A stretch of 48,422 bases of DNA, filler included, from Hydrolagus affinis (Eukaryota): the NCBI GenBank assembly GCA_012026655.1. It is 3 parts of 3 records of this genome, joined end to end, with 100 filler letters (N's around TTAATTAATTAA, not from the genome) between each part and the next. Parts side by side here need not be neighbours in the genome. Positions count along the whole stretch, not along the records: positions 1 to 26,589 come from JAAILG010009215.1; 2 more parts are not named here. One strand, 5' to 3'. Every line of letters begins with the position of its first letter. Position 1 is the stretch's first letter. The position numbers were made by a program, and so were the translations under genes. The notes under the pieces are model-generated. The model searched no databases and was not told the origin of the DNA. It was given only the letters and a program-made list of their open reading frames with translations. Shown here piece by piece: positions 13,025-24,644 of the stretch.

Positions 13025-13783
13025 TATATTGAAAAGTTTTTATATCAAGTACAGTATCTCGCATTCAATAAAATATTAGCTGAATGTAGGTTTGTTTCTT
13101 GGCCAATCGTTCGCACATATGTCTCTGCCTCATGGGAGCTGTACGCAACGTGTTACAAAAATATCAACCAATCATCTTTCATGTTGTCTTATTTGTATTT
13201 TACAGGTTGGAGAGGCAGGGAGGTGCCCGGGCATGAAGACTATATAATTATAAATCTAAACACCCTTATTGTTCATGGGTGTTTTTAATCAAGTTATCTT
13301 AAGTGGGTTAATCTTTATTTCCTCTGGTGGTGCCGGAAGCCTCCAAAAGATTTTGGTTTCTTTGTATCATGTTTTTATAAAAGGCAATCACCTCATCGGT
13401 TCTTTTCTGGTGAACTGCAATACTGACACTATATGTCAAAGTTTTGGGTAACTGTCACATTCTTCATTCTTAAGGGTAAGATTTTATGTGTTTTGATTGA
13501 TCCGTATGGCTTGCCATAACTTGCCATTGATATTGCTATCCTGCTGCCTGTCCAGATAGGATCATTCTGTCCATTAGTGCTTTGGCTTGCTGGCGTAACA
13601 GGAGGTAAGAGGAACTCACCAAGTGACGTGTTGGAATAATAGAGACAGAGTAACTTGCAGCAGTAACTTGCAGAGTAACTGGTGGATGCCGGCTACCATA
13701 TAGAGCACTGTGTTTATTAAACCCATGTTATTACTCTGTTATTATCTCTCAAACACAACTTATAGTGTGTATATATTATATAT

Positions 13784-14584
13784 CAACATCCAAGGCTGTA
13801 CTCTCCACCTCACAAAGCCAGTCAGGAACCTCGGCATCACATTCGACCATAAACTCTCCTTCCTCCCCCACATCCGTGCCTTATCCGGCACCGCTTATTT
13901 CCACCTGCGCAACATTGCCAGGCTCCACAACTATCTCACCCCCCACGCTGCCGAAACACTTGTGCATGCGTACATCACCTCACGGCTGGACTACGGAAAC
14001 TCTCTCCTCGTCAGCCTCGCCAGCTCCTCCATTCACAGGCTGCAGGTCATCCAAAACTCTGCAGCCCGTGTACTATCCCGCACCCGTCTCCGTGACCACA
14101 TAACCCCCACCCTCGCCTGTCTCCACTGGCTCCCCATCCCCCAGAGGATCAAGTTCAAGATCCTTGTCCTCATTTTCAAAGCCTTACATGGCCTTGCCCC
14201 GCCCTATCTATCCGATCTACTCTCCCCCTATAAGCCCACCCGGACCCTCCGTTCAGCAGAACTTTGTTTGCTCCTAGCCCCCCACCCGAACCGCCCCACC
14301 ATCGGAGGCCGGGCCTTCAGCTTCTCCGCTCCCACCCTATGGAATTCCATCCCCCAATCCCTCCGCCTTGTTTCTTCCCTTTCCTCTTTCAAGGCCAATT
14401 TGAAGACTTTCCTTTTCGACCGTGCCTTTTGTTCCCCCCCTAAATTTTCGACCTCCCCTACGTGTTTCACCCCTTCCCGAACACTCCCCTCCCAGCTCGG
14501 GTCACACGCCTCCTGTGCAGCGCCTTGGGACGTCCTCCCGACGTGAAAGGCGCCCTATAAGTCTAATTTGTTGTTGTTGTTGTT
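13784..14584 (+). mobile_element. Young 5'-truncated L2 LINE (RT C-terminus plus 3' UTR ending in (TTG)n)
   Basis: Stop-free ORF containing VRNLGITFD..LSF..HI, SRLDYGNSLL and LHWLPI..RIKFK; absent at the paralogous site (~25670). Confidence 0.92.
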
Positions 14585-15835
14585 ATATGTATATTGGTCA
14601 TACAAACAAATGAATCAAATATATAATCAGTCTAAAATGCTGCAAAGTTCAATTGTGATATGTAAATCATATTTTCTGTCTTATTCATCCTGCCTCTTCA
14701 ATAAAATTGCAGAAGGAACACAAGTGTTAGCTTGAAATTATTTGAATAAAATTCTGCACAATTCATCTACTCCAGTGAAAAAGATAAACCATGGACGGTC
14801 TATCGGTCACGTACCTGCTAAAATGGACGCAACAGGATATAACTAATCGCTCCTTTGTGTTATTTATAACAGCGACAATAAAAAAAGTTACAACGTCTCG
14901 CTCCTCACATTAAATATAGAGTGTGTGGTGAGCATCTGTTGCTACTACACAACTATTATTGCAACCAACACATTTGCTCAAACTTCAACTGCTAGCTCAT
15001 TATGGCCATGTTCAAGTGTCCTGGTTCTTTCACAGAAGCCTGGACTGTCCAATTAATACATAGCAACCAGTAAATTTCCCTACCCTGTTCATTCACCCAT
15101 GCTGTTTTCTAAGTATATTTTTCTTGAGAGTGGGTTACTGATATGTCCGATACTGTCGTGAAATGTTTTCTAAATAGATTACAATGGCAAGTCATTTCCT
15201 CTTGACTATGCACAAACAATCTTTTGACAGATTCCTGTCTAACATTAATGCTGGTGCAAAATTGGTGATATATAATCATGTGATTTGTTCCAAAATGTTT
15301 CTGGTTTATCGTTTCTATCATTTAGCAGTGTAAATTGCATGAGATTAAACTCTATCCTGTTGTCAGCTTTGATGATTCACATCAAAACTGCTTATGAATT
15401 ATTTCAGGCAGGAAAAAATATGTTGTATAAATGGTTATTTTGTAGTGAACCGATATGTTTTGACCAAAGATTGAATATTAGAAGGATATAGCTCTCGTGA
15501 AATTATCCTTGGCGGCTGCTGTCAGTTAAAACAACCCTGACTCCCAAACAATTCAATTGTGGTTCAGTAAATAAAACTTTGAGTGTTGCTTACAAATACA
15601 ATTTACCTTTCACCTTTGTTGCCAGCAACACATGCGGTTCTGGTCACTCCTTAAGTAGGTCGGGATGTTGGGACATCCTCCTGATGTGAAAGATGTTCTT
15701 TAAATGTAATTGTGTTGTTGTTGTAAGTTGACAACTGCCTTTGCAACCCACTCTCAAAATAAAAAAAAAGGCCAATCTAGATCTTTAATAATAATCCTTG
15801 CATTTGATGCAGCGCTTTTCACATCTTCTAGATGT

Positions 15836-16355
15836 TGTTAATATGGGGACCGGTGTTGAAATAGTTAACTCGCTTATGCTCGCCTGTGTGCTGAGTTTGC
15901 GAAACAAGATACGCTTTTGTCACAAGATACTCTTTTGTACATATGTAAATTAAGGTTGGACCACTGTCTCTCCTGCTTGGTGCGATTCAAACCTGACCCT
16001 ATAACTGGCGGGAAATGTATATCCATTTTTACTGGCTCCTTAGAATACCATGTGACTAACATGCTGAGTGTCATTGGTTAAACTACTAACAAAGAAGGAC
16101 TATACAAGCACAAGCACGTGGTGGAAACAGGGCCACAACCGGGGAATTAACATCAGCCAATCCACTGCCGGAGCCGGGACCAGGACTGAACAAGAACCGC
16201 TGGGGCGCCGTCCAATGGAGCATTGATTAACCAGTAGTATACGTTGAATATACGTTGTGTGCTACTGCTGTGTAAAGTACCACATCAATCGAGGATACCC
16301 GAATAAACAACCTGCTTATATCTAACCATTCTGATTTCGAGTCTGGTTATTAACA
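15836..16355 (+). mobile_element. LTR (~520 bp) of an LTR retrotransposon followed by a PBS remnant
   Basis: TGTTAATA...TATTAACA termini, AATAAA at 16302, then AAT-TGGCGTAGT (matches the complement of a tRNA-Ser 3' end); it truncates a SINE tail at 15835. Confidence 0.7.
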
Positions 16356-16485
16356 AATTGGCGTAGTTGTTAATAACCAGACTCGAAATCAGAATGGTTT
16401 GATATAAGCAGGTTGTTTATTCGGGTATCCTCGATTGAGGTGGTACTTTACACAGCAGTGGCAAACCACGTATATTCAATGTATA
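16238..16485. repeat. Hairpin with 118-bp arms (16238-16355 and 16368-16485) and a 12-nt loop
   Basis: Direct reverse-complement match between the arms. Confidence 0.92.
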
Positions 16486-16569
16486 TTCATCCAGGCCTTG
16501 ATAATCTTGATATAGCATCTTATCACATCATTGAGACGTCTCAAATCCTTCACAGGCTGTTCTAAAAAC

Positions 16570-17020
16570 AACAAAAATGTTATAGTTGGGGGATGTCCCA
16601 ACGTGCTTAACAGTCAGTATTTGAGATCCAAGCTGGGGTCGGGACCGGGGAGTGTGGAGGGAAAGGAGGGGAGTGGGGGATGACCAATGGGTCCGTCAAA
16701 GAGGATGGTCTTGAGGCAGGACTTGAAGGAGGCTAGGGAGGGGACAACGTGGAGGAATTGCGCGATAGAATTCCAGAGGTTGGGGGCAGAGTAGATCAAT
16801 GCTCGCTCGCCGATGGTAAGGAGGGGATGAGTCTACTGCGAAATTCAAAAGATGCAGGCAGGATGATGTCGCATTTCTGCCGGTTGCTGATTGGCTGAGA
16901 CCTCGGCGAGTTGGAGATGATGGCGATTGCGTGGAGGGTTGAGGATGACTCTCACGTGCTCTCCAATTATGAGATGCACGTGATCTCCCAGATAACATCC
17001 TGTAACTGGAACATCTAATT
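16570..17020 (-). mobile_element. L2 LINE 3' fragment
   Basis: Homologous in reverse to the 13784-14584 copy (LWNSI and SFKS.LKT.LFD motifs). Confidence 0.75.
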
Positions 17021-18128
17021 GGAGTGTGATCACACTAGCAGAACTCCTATGTCAACAGCTGCAGGAAAGTTTCACTCATCTAGGTCTTGATGTCCATCAA
17101 ACAACCTAGAGTACAAAACTACACTGCAAAATTATATTTGTACAGTAGCATTCACATTGGAGGGACATTCCTAGTTGCTGGACATCTAGATTTGGCGTCC
17201 GCATACATATGGAAGTTGAGACCATGGGTATTTACATCAATTAATGTATTGCAAATAAAGTTTTATACAGATAAATGTCAAGCTGCTACATTTTGGAAGA
17301 AAAGGAAATATATGCACCACAAATATACTCAAGCAATAATGTGCTCTGGTCAGACATCAACCAGAGACTGCATACATTTCTGGTCATTATAACACCAGGA
17401 GGTTCCCAAGCAGGAGAGATTGCGCTGAGGAGAGCAATGAGGATAATCTTCAGTGTTAGAACAATGAGGTATGGGATGGGCCAATAGAAAAATGTAGACA
17501 TACATTTCCTGCATTTTCTGCTGCAACTGCCCCATTTCCGCTACAAACCCGCAACAAACAGCCCTTTGGGACTAACCTTTATACAAAGTAAACTAGGCGC
17601 CAGGCCTCTCACGCTGTATACTAAGACCGCAGCGACTCCAATCTCGCATGCACGGCTGAGTTTCAGATTGTGTGTGGGAAATCAACTTTGTAATGTTATG
17701 GAGAAAACAGCTGGATGTTATGATGGGAGGATTGCAAGTTCAAGGCAGTCAAACCTTTGTTTGCTGCAGTTTGTTGTTGCTGTTGTGGTTGTTGATGTTC
17801 GGAAAGAAGATATCAGACAGACTGAATGGCCTTCTTTAACAGAATTAATTTTGTGATCTTGTAAAGTAATACAAATAATTTTACAACAGTAACAACAAAA
17901 TTACGTTTGTATAGTGCCTTTCACATTGGGAGGACGCCCCAAGGCACAGGAGAGTCAGTGTTTAGGACCTGAGCTGGGTTCATGATCTAGGATGGTGGAG
18001 GGAAGGTGGGGGAAGGGGATTAACTGATGGCATGGTCAAAGAGGAGGGTCTTGGAAGAAACATTAAATTTGCCCAGAAATAACTGAATGTATTCAACCTT
18101 TAATGTAAATCCCATGAAACACTCAGAG

Positions 18129-18165
18129 CCAATCGTCTGAATTTATAGAGACAGGAAGTCAGTCG
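18129..18165 (+). promoter_or_regulatory. Candidate promoter of gene C (CCAAT box plus CAGGAAGT ETS site)
   Basis: Conserved with the region upstream of gene B. Confidence 0.45.
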
Positions 18166-18241
18166 TCATTGCCTTGTATAAAGACTCTTAAACAACTAAA
18201 ATTGCTTACAGTAATAGGTTCATCCTTTGTCTTGACACACA

Positions 18242-18302
18242 ATGAAAATGTTGACAAATTATGTGTTTCAGTGTGTATATTGGATCGGGATTATTTCCAC
18301 AG
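18242..18302 (+). CDS. Gene C leader exon, MKMLTNYVFQCVYWIGIIST
   Basis: ATG to ACAG|gtgcgt, phase 1, 61 nt. Confidence 0.8.
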
Positions 18303-18448
18303 GTGCGTGTTTCTTCTACACTCCAATTTGCCAGAAATGGAAGTAAATTACTTAATTTTATTCTTTTCTTGATAGCATAAGTCTCCCAGCATTACTTTGC
18401 TTCTTGCTGTAATTTTTTCTAATTAGCTTTTCAATTTATTTATGATAG

Positions 18449-18778
18449 CTGTTGACAGTACAATACGGTACAGTACCAGAGTGATCCAACTCCCCGACCG
18501 TGTGGAGGCAATCAGAGGCACTAGCGTTACCTTCCACTGCATTTTCCCTGATGCTGAACACAACTCGCGTTCAGAAGTGTACTGGATGAAGCAGGAAGAC
18601 AATGAATACCAGCATACGAGGCCGGATAAAAGAAAAGTGTTTGGGTTCGACAGTAAACAAACAAGCTTCTTTAAGCTTCTAAATGTGAATCTCCAGGATG
18701 CTGGTGTGTATCAGTGTTCCCTCGTGATTCAGGGAAAATTAGTGGCCACTGGACCTGGATCACATCTGGAAGTATGGG
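18449..18778 (+). CDS. Gene C V-set (VJ-type) Ig exon
   Basis: TFHC, VYW, DAGVYQC and GPGSHLEV; 330 nt, phase 1-1; about two-thirds identical to the gene B V domain by eye. Confidence 0.9.
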
Positions 18779-20522
18779 GTAGGTATGGAATATTCCAAAT
18801 TAGATATTGTGCCAAAATTTCTGGAAAAGCATTAAAAATGTTTTTGTGATTTTAAGAATATGAAACGAGTGTTTTCACAATGTTATGCTTTAAAATGTAT
18901 CCTCTTGGGGGAGAGGTGGTGGGTGGTGAGGTGGCATCTGCTTGGAGCTGAACCAACACCGAGGTGACATGCTTGCAATACAATGTTGGGAACAAATCAA
19001 CCCTCCGCAATGGTCTGGGTGGGTAATGTTGTTCCTGAGCAAGGCAGGTCTGCAATACTCCAAGTTACTGCCAACGACAGCCCAGCCAGCCTGACTCATC
19101 ATCAGTAGGACTTGCAGAGGCAGAGGAGTCTCTCGGGTAGGGATTCTTCCCACTCAGCTTCTGTTATCCCTGCAAGTCAAACCACTAATGGTTATGGTTG
19201 TCCTCGAAGGACAAACAGGTTGAAAGCTTGTGAGACAGTGCTGAGCTATGGGTTTCCAGCTGTTTAGATTCCAACAGTACCCCCAACAAACACTTTGTGA
19301 TTCCCAAGCCTTGGCCTTGCCAGCATGTGTGCAATACGCTGTGGAATTACACAAAGCAAGATGGGTCCGTTCAGTAAGTATTTCATTTCAATACATGGAG
19401 ACTTCCATGTGTGGGTGGAATCCATGGTTTGATTCGGATACTCTTGAGCATGGTGAGTAATCCATGCATATGTGATCAAAAAGTCTCTGTTTAAAAAAAA
19501 ACTTGACTAAATAACTGAATGTTGTATTCTGATTATGTTTGAAAAGGACATGCTAGAGTTTGGGCCAGGAATGTCAGGAGCGTTGCGTTTCCAGAAGGAT
19601 CTTTATTTGGATATGATCAAGATCTAGTCTGCTGAATGAGATGGACATTAAAAAGATTACACCTTTCGAAAAGATTTAAACAATTTCAAACTCACGTTTT
19701 TATTAAATACAATTTTAGTTATGAATTAAATACTCTTAGTTAAGTACAATATCAGTAATGAACAATTTTTGCATCTTAATGAGGAAGGAAAGAATAGGGC
19801 ATATCAACATTTGGCTAGGTTGTGACTGTCTATCTGGCTCAATAGTTATTTCTTCTCCGAAACTTCAATCTGTAACTATACAGTAATTATGTTTGTTTTT
19901 ATTGTTCCATTTCCATGTCTCTTCCTTGTCCCCCGAATCTCCGCTCCACCATCGGCGGCCATGCTTTCAGCCACTACTGCCCGAAGCTCTGGAACTCCCT
20001 TCCTCACTGCCTTCGTCTCGCCCTCTCTTCTTAGTTTCAGGTCTCAGCTGGAGACTTTTCTTTTCGACCGCGTCTTCAGTCACCATTTTCCCCCTCCCAC
20101 TGGCTTGGGCCCCATTATTGTGAAGCACTCTGAAATGCCATCTGGCATGGAGGGCATGATATAAATCAAAGTTGTTGTTGTTGAATGGAAAAAAGTTCAT
20201 TTTTGTATTATGTGGAGATGCAACCAGAATTGTGGAAAATCATACTTTCTTTTGGTGGCAATTGAGATATTCGATGGCAATGTGTGATAGTTTTTAATGG
20301 GCTATTTATTTACTTTTTGGGAGAACTTTCCCATGACAACTTTTATAGTTGTTATCAATAGCGAACACATCAAAGTTGGAACTAAAGATTTGTTTAAATC
20401 TGAAGCAATAAACCAGAATTAAAATTCTGTAGTAAAACGAATAGTATACAAATCATAAAAAAGTGGAAGCCCACAAACTGAATGTAAGTGTTTGTAATTC
20501 TGCTGTACTGTTTGTTCTACAG

Positions 20523-20834
20523 TTCCTCCAACTCCACTGAAGATTTTCTCCAACGTTCCTAAAATAGGTTCACCAGAGCCTCTGACTCTTGTGTGTGAAA
20601 CCACTGCATTTTATCCAGAGAATCTTAACCTCACTTGGTATAAAAATGGCATCAAAATTACATCTGGAATAAATATCACTGAACAGCAGAATGCAGAGGG
20701 ATTGAATGAAATTTCAAGTTTTGTGGAAGAGAACAAGCCTGTCCAAAGTGGGGTTGTTTATACCTGTAAGGTTTCTCACATTAGCCTTCAGATTCCAGAA
20801 GTTGCCAACTACACAGTTCAGATTTCTGAAGCAG
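20523..20834 (+). CDS. Gene C first C1-set exon
   Basis: 312 nt, open frame, splice sites identical to gene B C1. Confidence 0.9.
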
Positions 20835-22193
20835 GTAGGATGCCAACAATCTTACTCTCAATTAATGTTAATTGTTTCTCATGCAAATATTTTCTTATTT
20901 ACAAATAATATTTCCTGCGTGTTTATGAAGTAATATAAATCGCATATTTTACAAGTACAGCTAATATTTCCAAACCCATTATAAACTCTATGCTCATGTC
21001 TATCTATTAAACATTGTATAATACAGTCCCATATATTTATAATGTCCTCATATTACAAAAATATAGGATAATATTATACAATGTTTATAGATAGATTCAA
21101 TCCCTCCATGGCCTTGTCCTGACTATCTCTGCTACCTCCTAACCCCCGAGCAACCTATCCGTTCCCTCCGCTCAGTGGGCTCTGACCTGCTCCATATCCC
21201 TCGACCCACCCACCCCACCATTGGTCGTCGATGCTTCAGCCAGTCTGCCATCAACCTCTGGAATTCCATCCCACAATTGCTCCACCTTGCCCCTCCCTTA
21301 GCTTCCTCCAAGTCCCAACTTAAAACCCTCCCCTTCCACGGTGTGATCGTTCCACCTCAACTTCTCATTGTGTTTGAAAAGCAAGTGCTGGAGAATTGGC
21401 CAGGAATGTCAGTGAGTGCTGCATTACCAAATATGCCTTCAGATACGATCAAGATCCAGTCTGCTGGATGAGATTGACTTTTAAAAAATGACACTTTTCA
21501 ATAAGAGAAGAGTTTCTCAGAGTGTATACTCTAAGAAATAAACATATTTGTGGTTCCACTGGTTCAAAAAAACAGTGATGTGCATTTGAGAATTTTGAAA
21601 TAAAAAGCTCCAATATCATATACAATTTTATTAAGATTTAGACAATATTAAAATTTTATGAAATACAATTTCAGTAAAATTAGATACACTTAGTTAAATA
21701 CAATGTCAATGATTAACTTTTTTAAACCTTACTGATGAGGAAAACAATAGAGCATGTCACCATTGGTTACTTTTCCATTGTAACCAAGTTTAAACTTCAC
21801 ACTGTAACTATAAAGCAATCACGCTTTTTTTTATTGCTCCAGTTCCATGTAACTGGAAACAAAATGAAAAGCTCATATATGTATAAATGGAGATGCAATC
21901 GGAATTGTGGAACACATCTACAATTTTGATGACAATTTGTGCCAGCTTTTCATGCTCTATTTATTTACTTTTTGGGAGAAATGTAGTAATAAAGAATCTT
22001 TCACATGACAACTTTTATAATTCTTAACAACGGCAAACAAATCAAAGTTGGAACTAAAGATTTGTTTAAATCTGAAGCAATAAACCAGAATCAAAATAGT
22101 ATAGTGAAATGAATAGTATATAAACCATAATAAAGTTTAATCTCCACCAATTGAATGTAAGTGTGTAATTCTGCTGTACTATTTATTCTACAG

Positions 22194-22505
22194 TTCCTCC
22201 AACTCCACTGAAGATTTTCTCCAACGTTCCTAAAATAGGATCCCCAGTGCCCCGGACTCTCGTGTGTGAAATCACTGCATTTTATCCAGAGAATCTTAAC
22301 CTCACTTGGTATAAAAATGGCATCAAAATTACATCTGGAATAAATATCACTAAACAGCGGAATGCAGAGGGATTATATGAAGCTTCAAGCTTTGTGGAAG
22401 AGAACAAGACTGTCCAAAGTGGGGTTGTTTATACCTGTAAGGTTTCTCACATCAGCCTTCAGATTCCAGAAATTGCCAACTACACAGTTCAGTTTTTTGT
22501 TGCAG
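22194..22505 (+). CDS. Gene C second C1-set exon (internal duplicate)
   Basis: 312 nt, open frame, about 12 aa differences from the first C1. Confidence 0.9.
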
Positions 22506-22774
22506 GTAGGATGCCAACAATCTGACTGCAAATTAATATTAGTTGTTTCTCATGGGGTGGGATCAGAGGTTCGGTAAAAGAGGGAAATGCAAGAATGCAA
22601 ATGCAAGGATTATTGTTATTATTAATAACCGGCCTGACATTCAATCTCCATTAGAGTTCAATGATGTTCTCCATGGCACGTTCTGACTTTTGCCACCCCA
22701 CAGTCTAAACCAATTAATTTCAGCTGAATGCCACCATGTTCACACAGCCTCATGTTTCTGTCTTTACTTCACAG

Positions 22775-22890
22775 TTTCTAATGGAATACCCTACATTGTA
22801 ATTTTCCGATTTACATGGAGCGTTTTGGTAATAATACTCCTCACCGTCATTGTTGTGGACCATTTCAGAATTAATCCCATTCAAAGGTAA
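22775..22890 (+). CDS. Gene C TM exon with Arg (YIVIFRFTWSVLVIILLTVIVVDHF); read-through stop, or donor after 22886
   Basis: cttcacag acceptor, hydrophobic stretch, homologous to gene B. Confidence 0.88.
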
Positions 22891-23053
22891 AGTATTTTAA
22901 TACTAAAATTTTTGTGGTGCGAACAGGAAAACTGAAATATACTTATACGTCATTGTTTAAATATAATAATAACTATCTTTGCATTTGATATAGCTTTGCA
23001 TCATATTGTTGAGATATCTTAAAGTGCTTCACATAATATATAAAGCAAACTGA

Positions 23054-23840
23054 CTGTATTTTATTTTGTGGTCGAAATGTGGCAGTCAATTGAACACAGT
23101 AGTGCACTACAAGCAGTCGTGCGTTGAGTGACCATTGTTTAGGTAATATTATCCACTAAAAGGGATCTGCTAATTGACTAAAATCTGGGTTGCAACTTGC
23201 TGTGAAGCAAATAGGTGTGTGGAGAAACAACAACAAAATTATCTTCGTATATGTAGCGCCTTTCGTATTGAGAGGATGACTCACGGTGCTGGACAGTCAG
23301 TTTTTCAAACCCGAGCTGGGGGTCAGGAATGGGGAGGTGGAGGGAAGGGAGGGGAAGCAGAGTGAATGGCACTGTCAAAGAGGAGGATGTTGATGTGCGG
23401 CTTGGAGGAGGCTAGGGAGGAATGAGGCAGAGGGATTGCGGGATGGAATTCCAATGGCTGGGGCAGAGTGGCTGAAGGATCGCCCGCTGATGGTGCGACG
23501 AGTGAGTCAATATGTTGATGTGGTGGTGGAATAAATCCTTCTGTCATACAACTTGACCAAATTTGACAAATGAAATTCTTTATAATTCATTTTAAATAAC
23601 ATGAATAAGGTGGTGCAACAAATTGATGCTTTCACATTCGGTTGAAGAACTTGTGGCAAATTATGCAAAAACCTACATTGCAAATGTATTTTGCAAACAT
23701 TCAACTCAGATTTTAGTCAATTAGCGGATCCCTTTTAGTAGGTAATGCTACCTAAACAATGGTCACTGAACGCACGACTGCTTGTAGTGCACTACTGTGT
23801 TCAATTGACTGCCACATTTCGACCACAAAATAAAATACAG
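23054..23840. repeat. Inverted duplication (~139 bp at 23054-23192 copied in reverse at 23702-23840)
   Basis: Reverse-complement match; gene B has only the forward copy (~11350-11490). Confidence 0.85.
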
Positions 23841-24634
23841 ACATAAGAGACCACTTTTATGTAACAAAAAATCATAATTTGTGGCATCAATAATCTAATT
23901 AATTATTCAGCAAAATTCATAATTATATTCTGTTACTATAGATCGTGTAAGAAAAAATGTGAATAGAATGGTGTAACAAATTGATGCTTTCAGATTTGGG
24001 TGAAAGATGGGTGGCACATTATATACAAGAAGCTCCATTGCAAACAGAAATTTCAAACAGACGTCATATAAAAGACCACTTTTATGTCAATAGTCATAAT
24101 TTGTAAAAACAATAAGGTAATTAATAAGTCAGCAAAATTCATGATTTTATTCCATTGTTATAGATCAAGAAAGCAAAAAGTGGCGAGAAATCTCTGACTG
24201 CAGTACAACTGAAGAATCGAGGGAATGTACATCACAGAAGCAAACAATATATGAAAAGAAAGATACAAAACTCAAATTCACCAGTATATTATTGTATTGT
24301 TACAGTTATTGCTGTAGCCATATTTAATAATTTCCTTGAATTTGTTACACTGTAATAACAATCCTTGCATTTGTTATAGCACTTTTCATGTCCTCTAGAT
24401 GTCTGAAAGCGCTTCACAGAATATACTGTCAAGTGAATTGACTGTATATTTGTAGGCAAAACGCAGTGCCAATTGCACACAATAATACATTATTATATTG
24501 AAGTGTTTCAAAGGAAATTACTGAGAAATGCACTGACTGTATAGTAGGCAAACACTGGCATCAATTTCTGCAAAGTAGAATTTTACCAACAGCCATGAAA
24601 TTGTGGTAATTGTTGCGATTTTGCATTTTTACAG

Positions 24635-24644
24635 TCGTGAATAG
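24635..24644 (+). CDS. Probable gene C terminal exon (SRE*), with 3' UTR running to AATAAA at 24821
   Basis: tttttacag acceptor, phase 2 match, homologous to 12163. Confidence 0.5.

Noticed and set aside
13710-14546. Longest ORF in the track (278 aa) as a host gene
   Set aside because: It is L2 reverse-transcriptase C-terminus and is absent from the paralogous site
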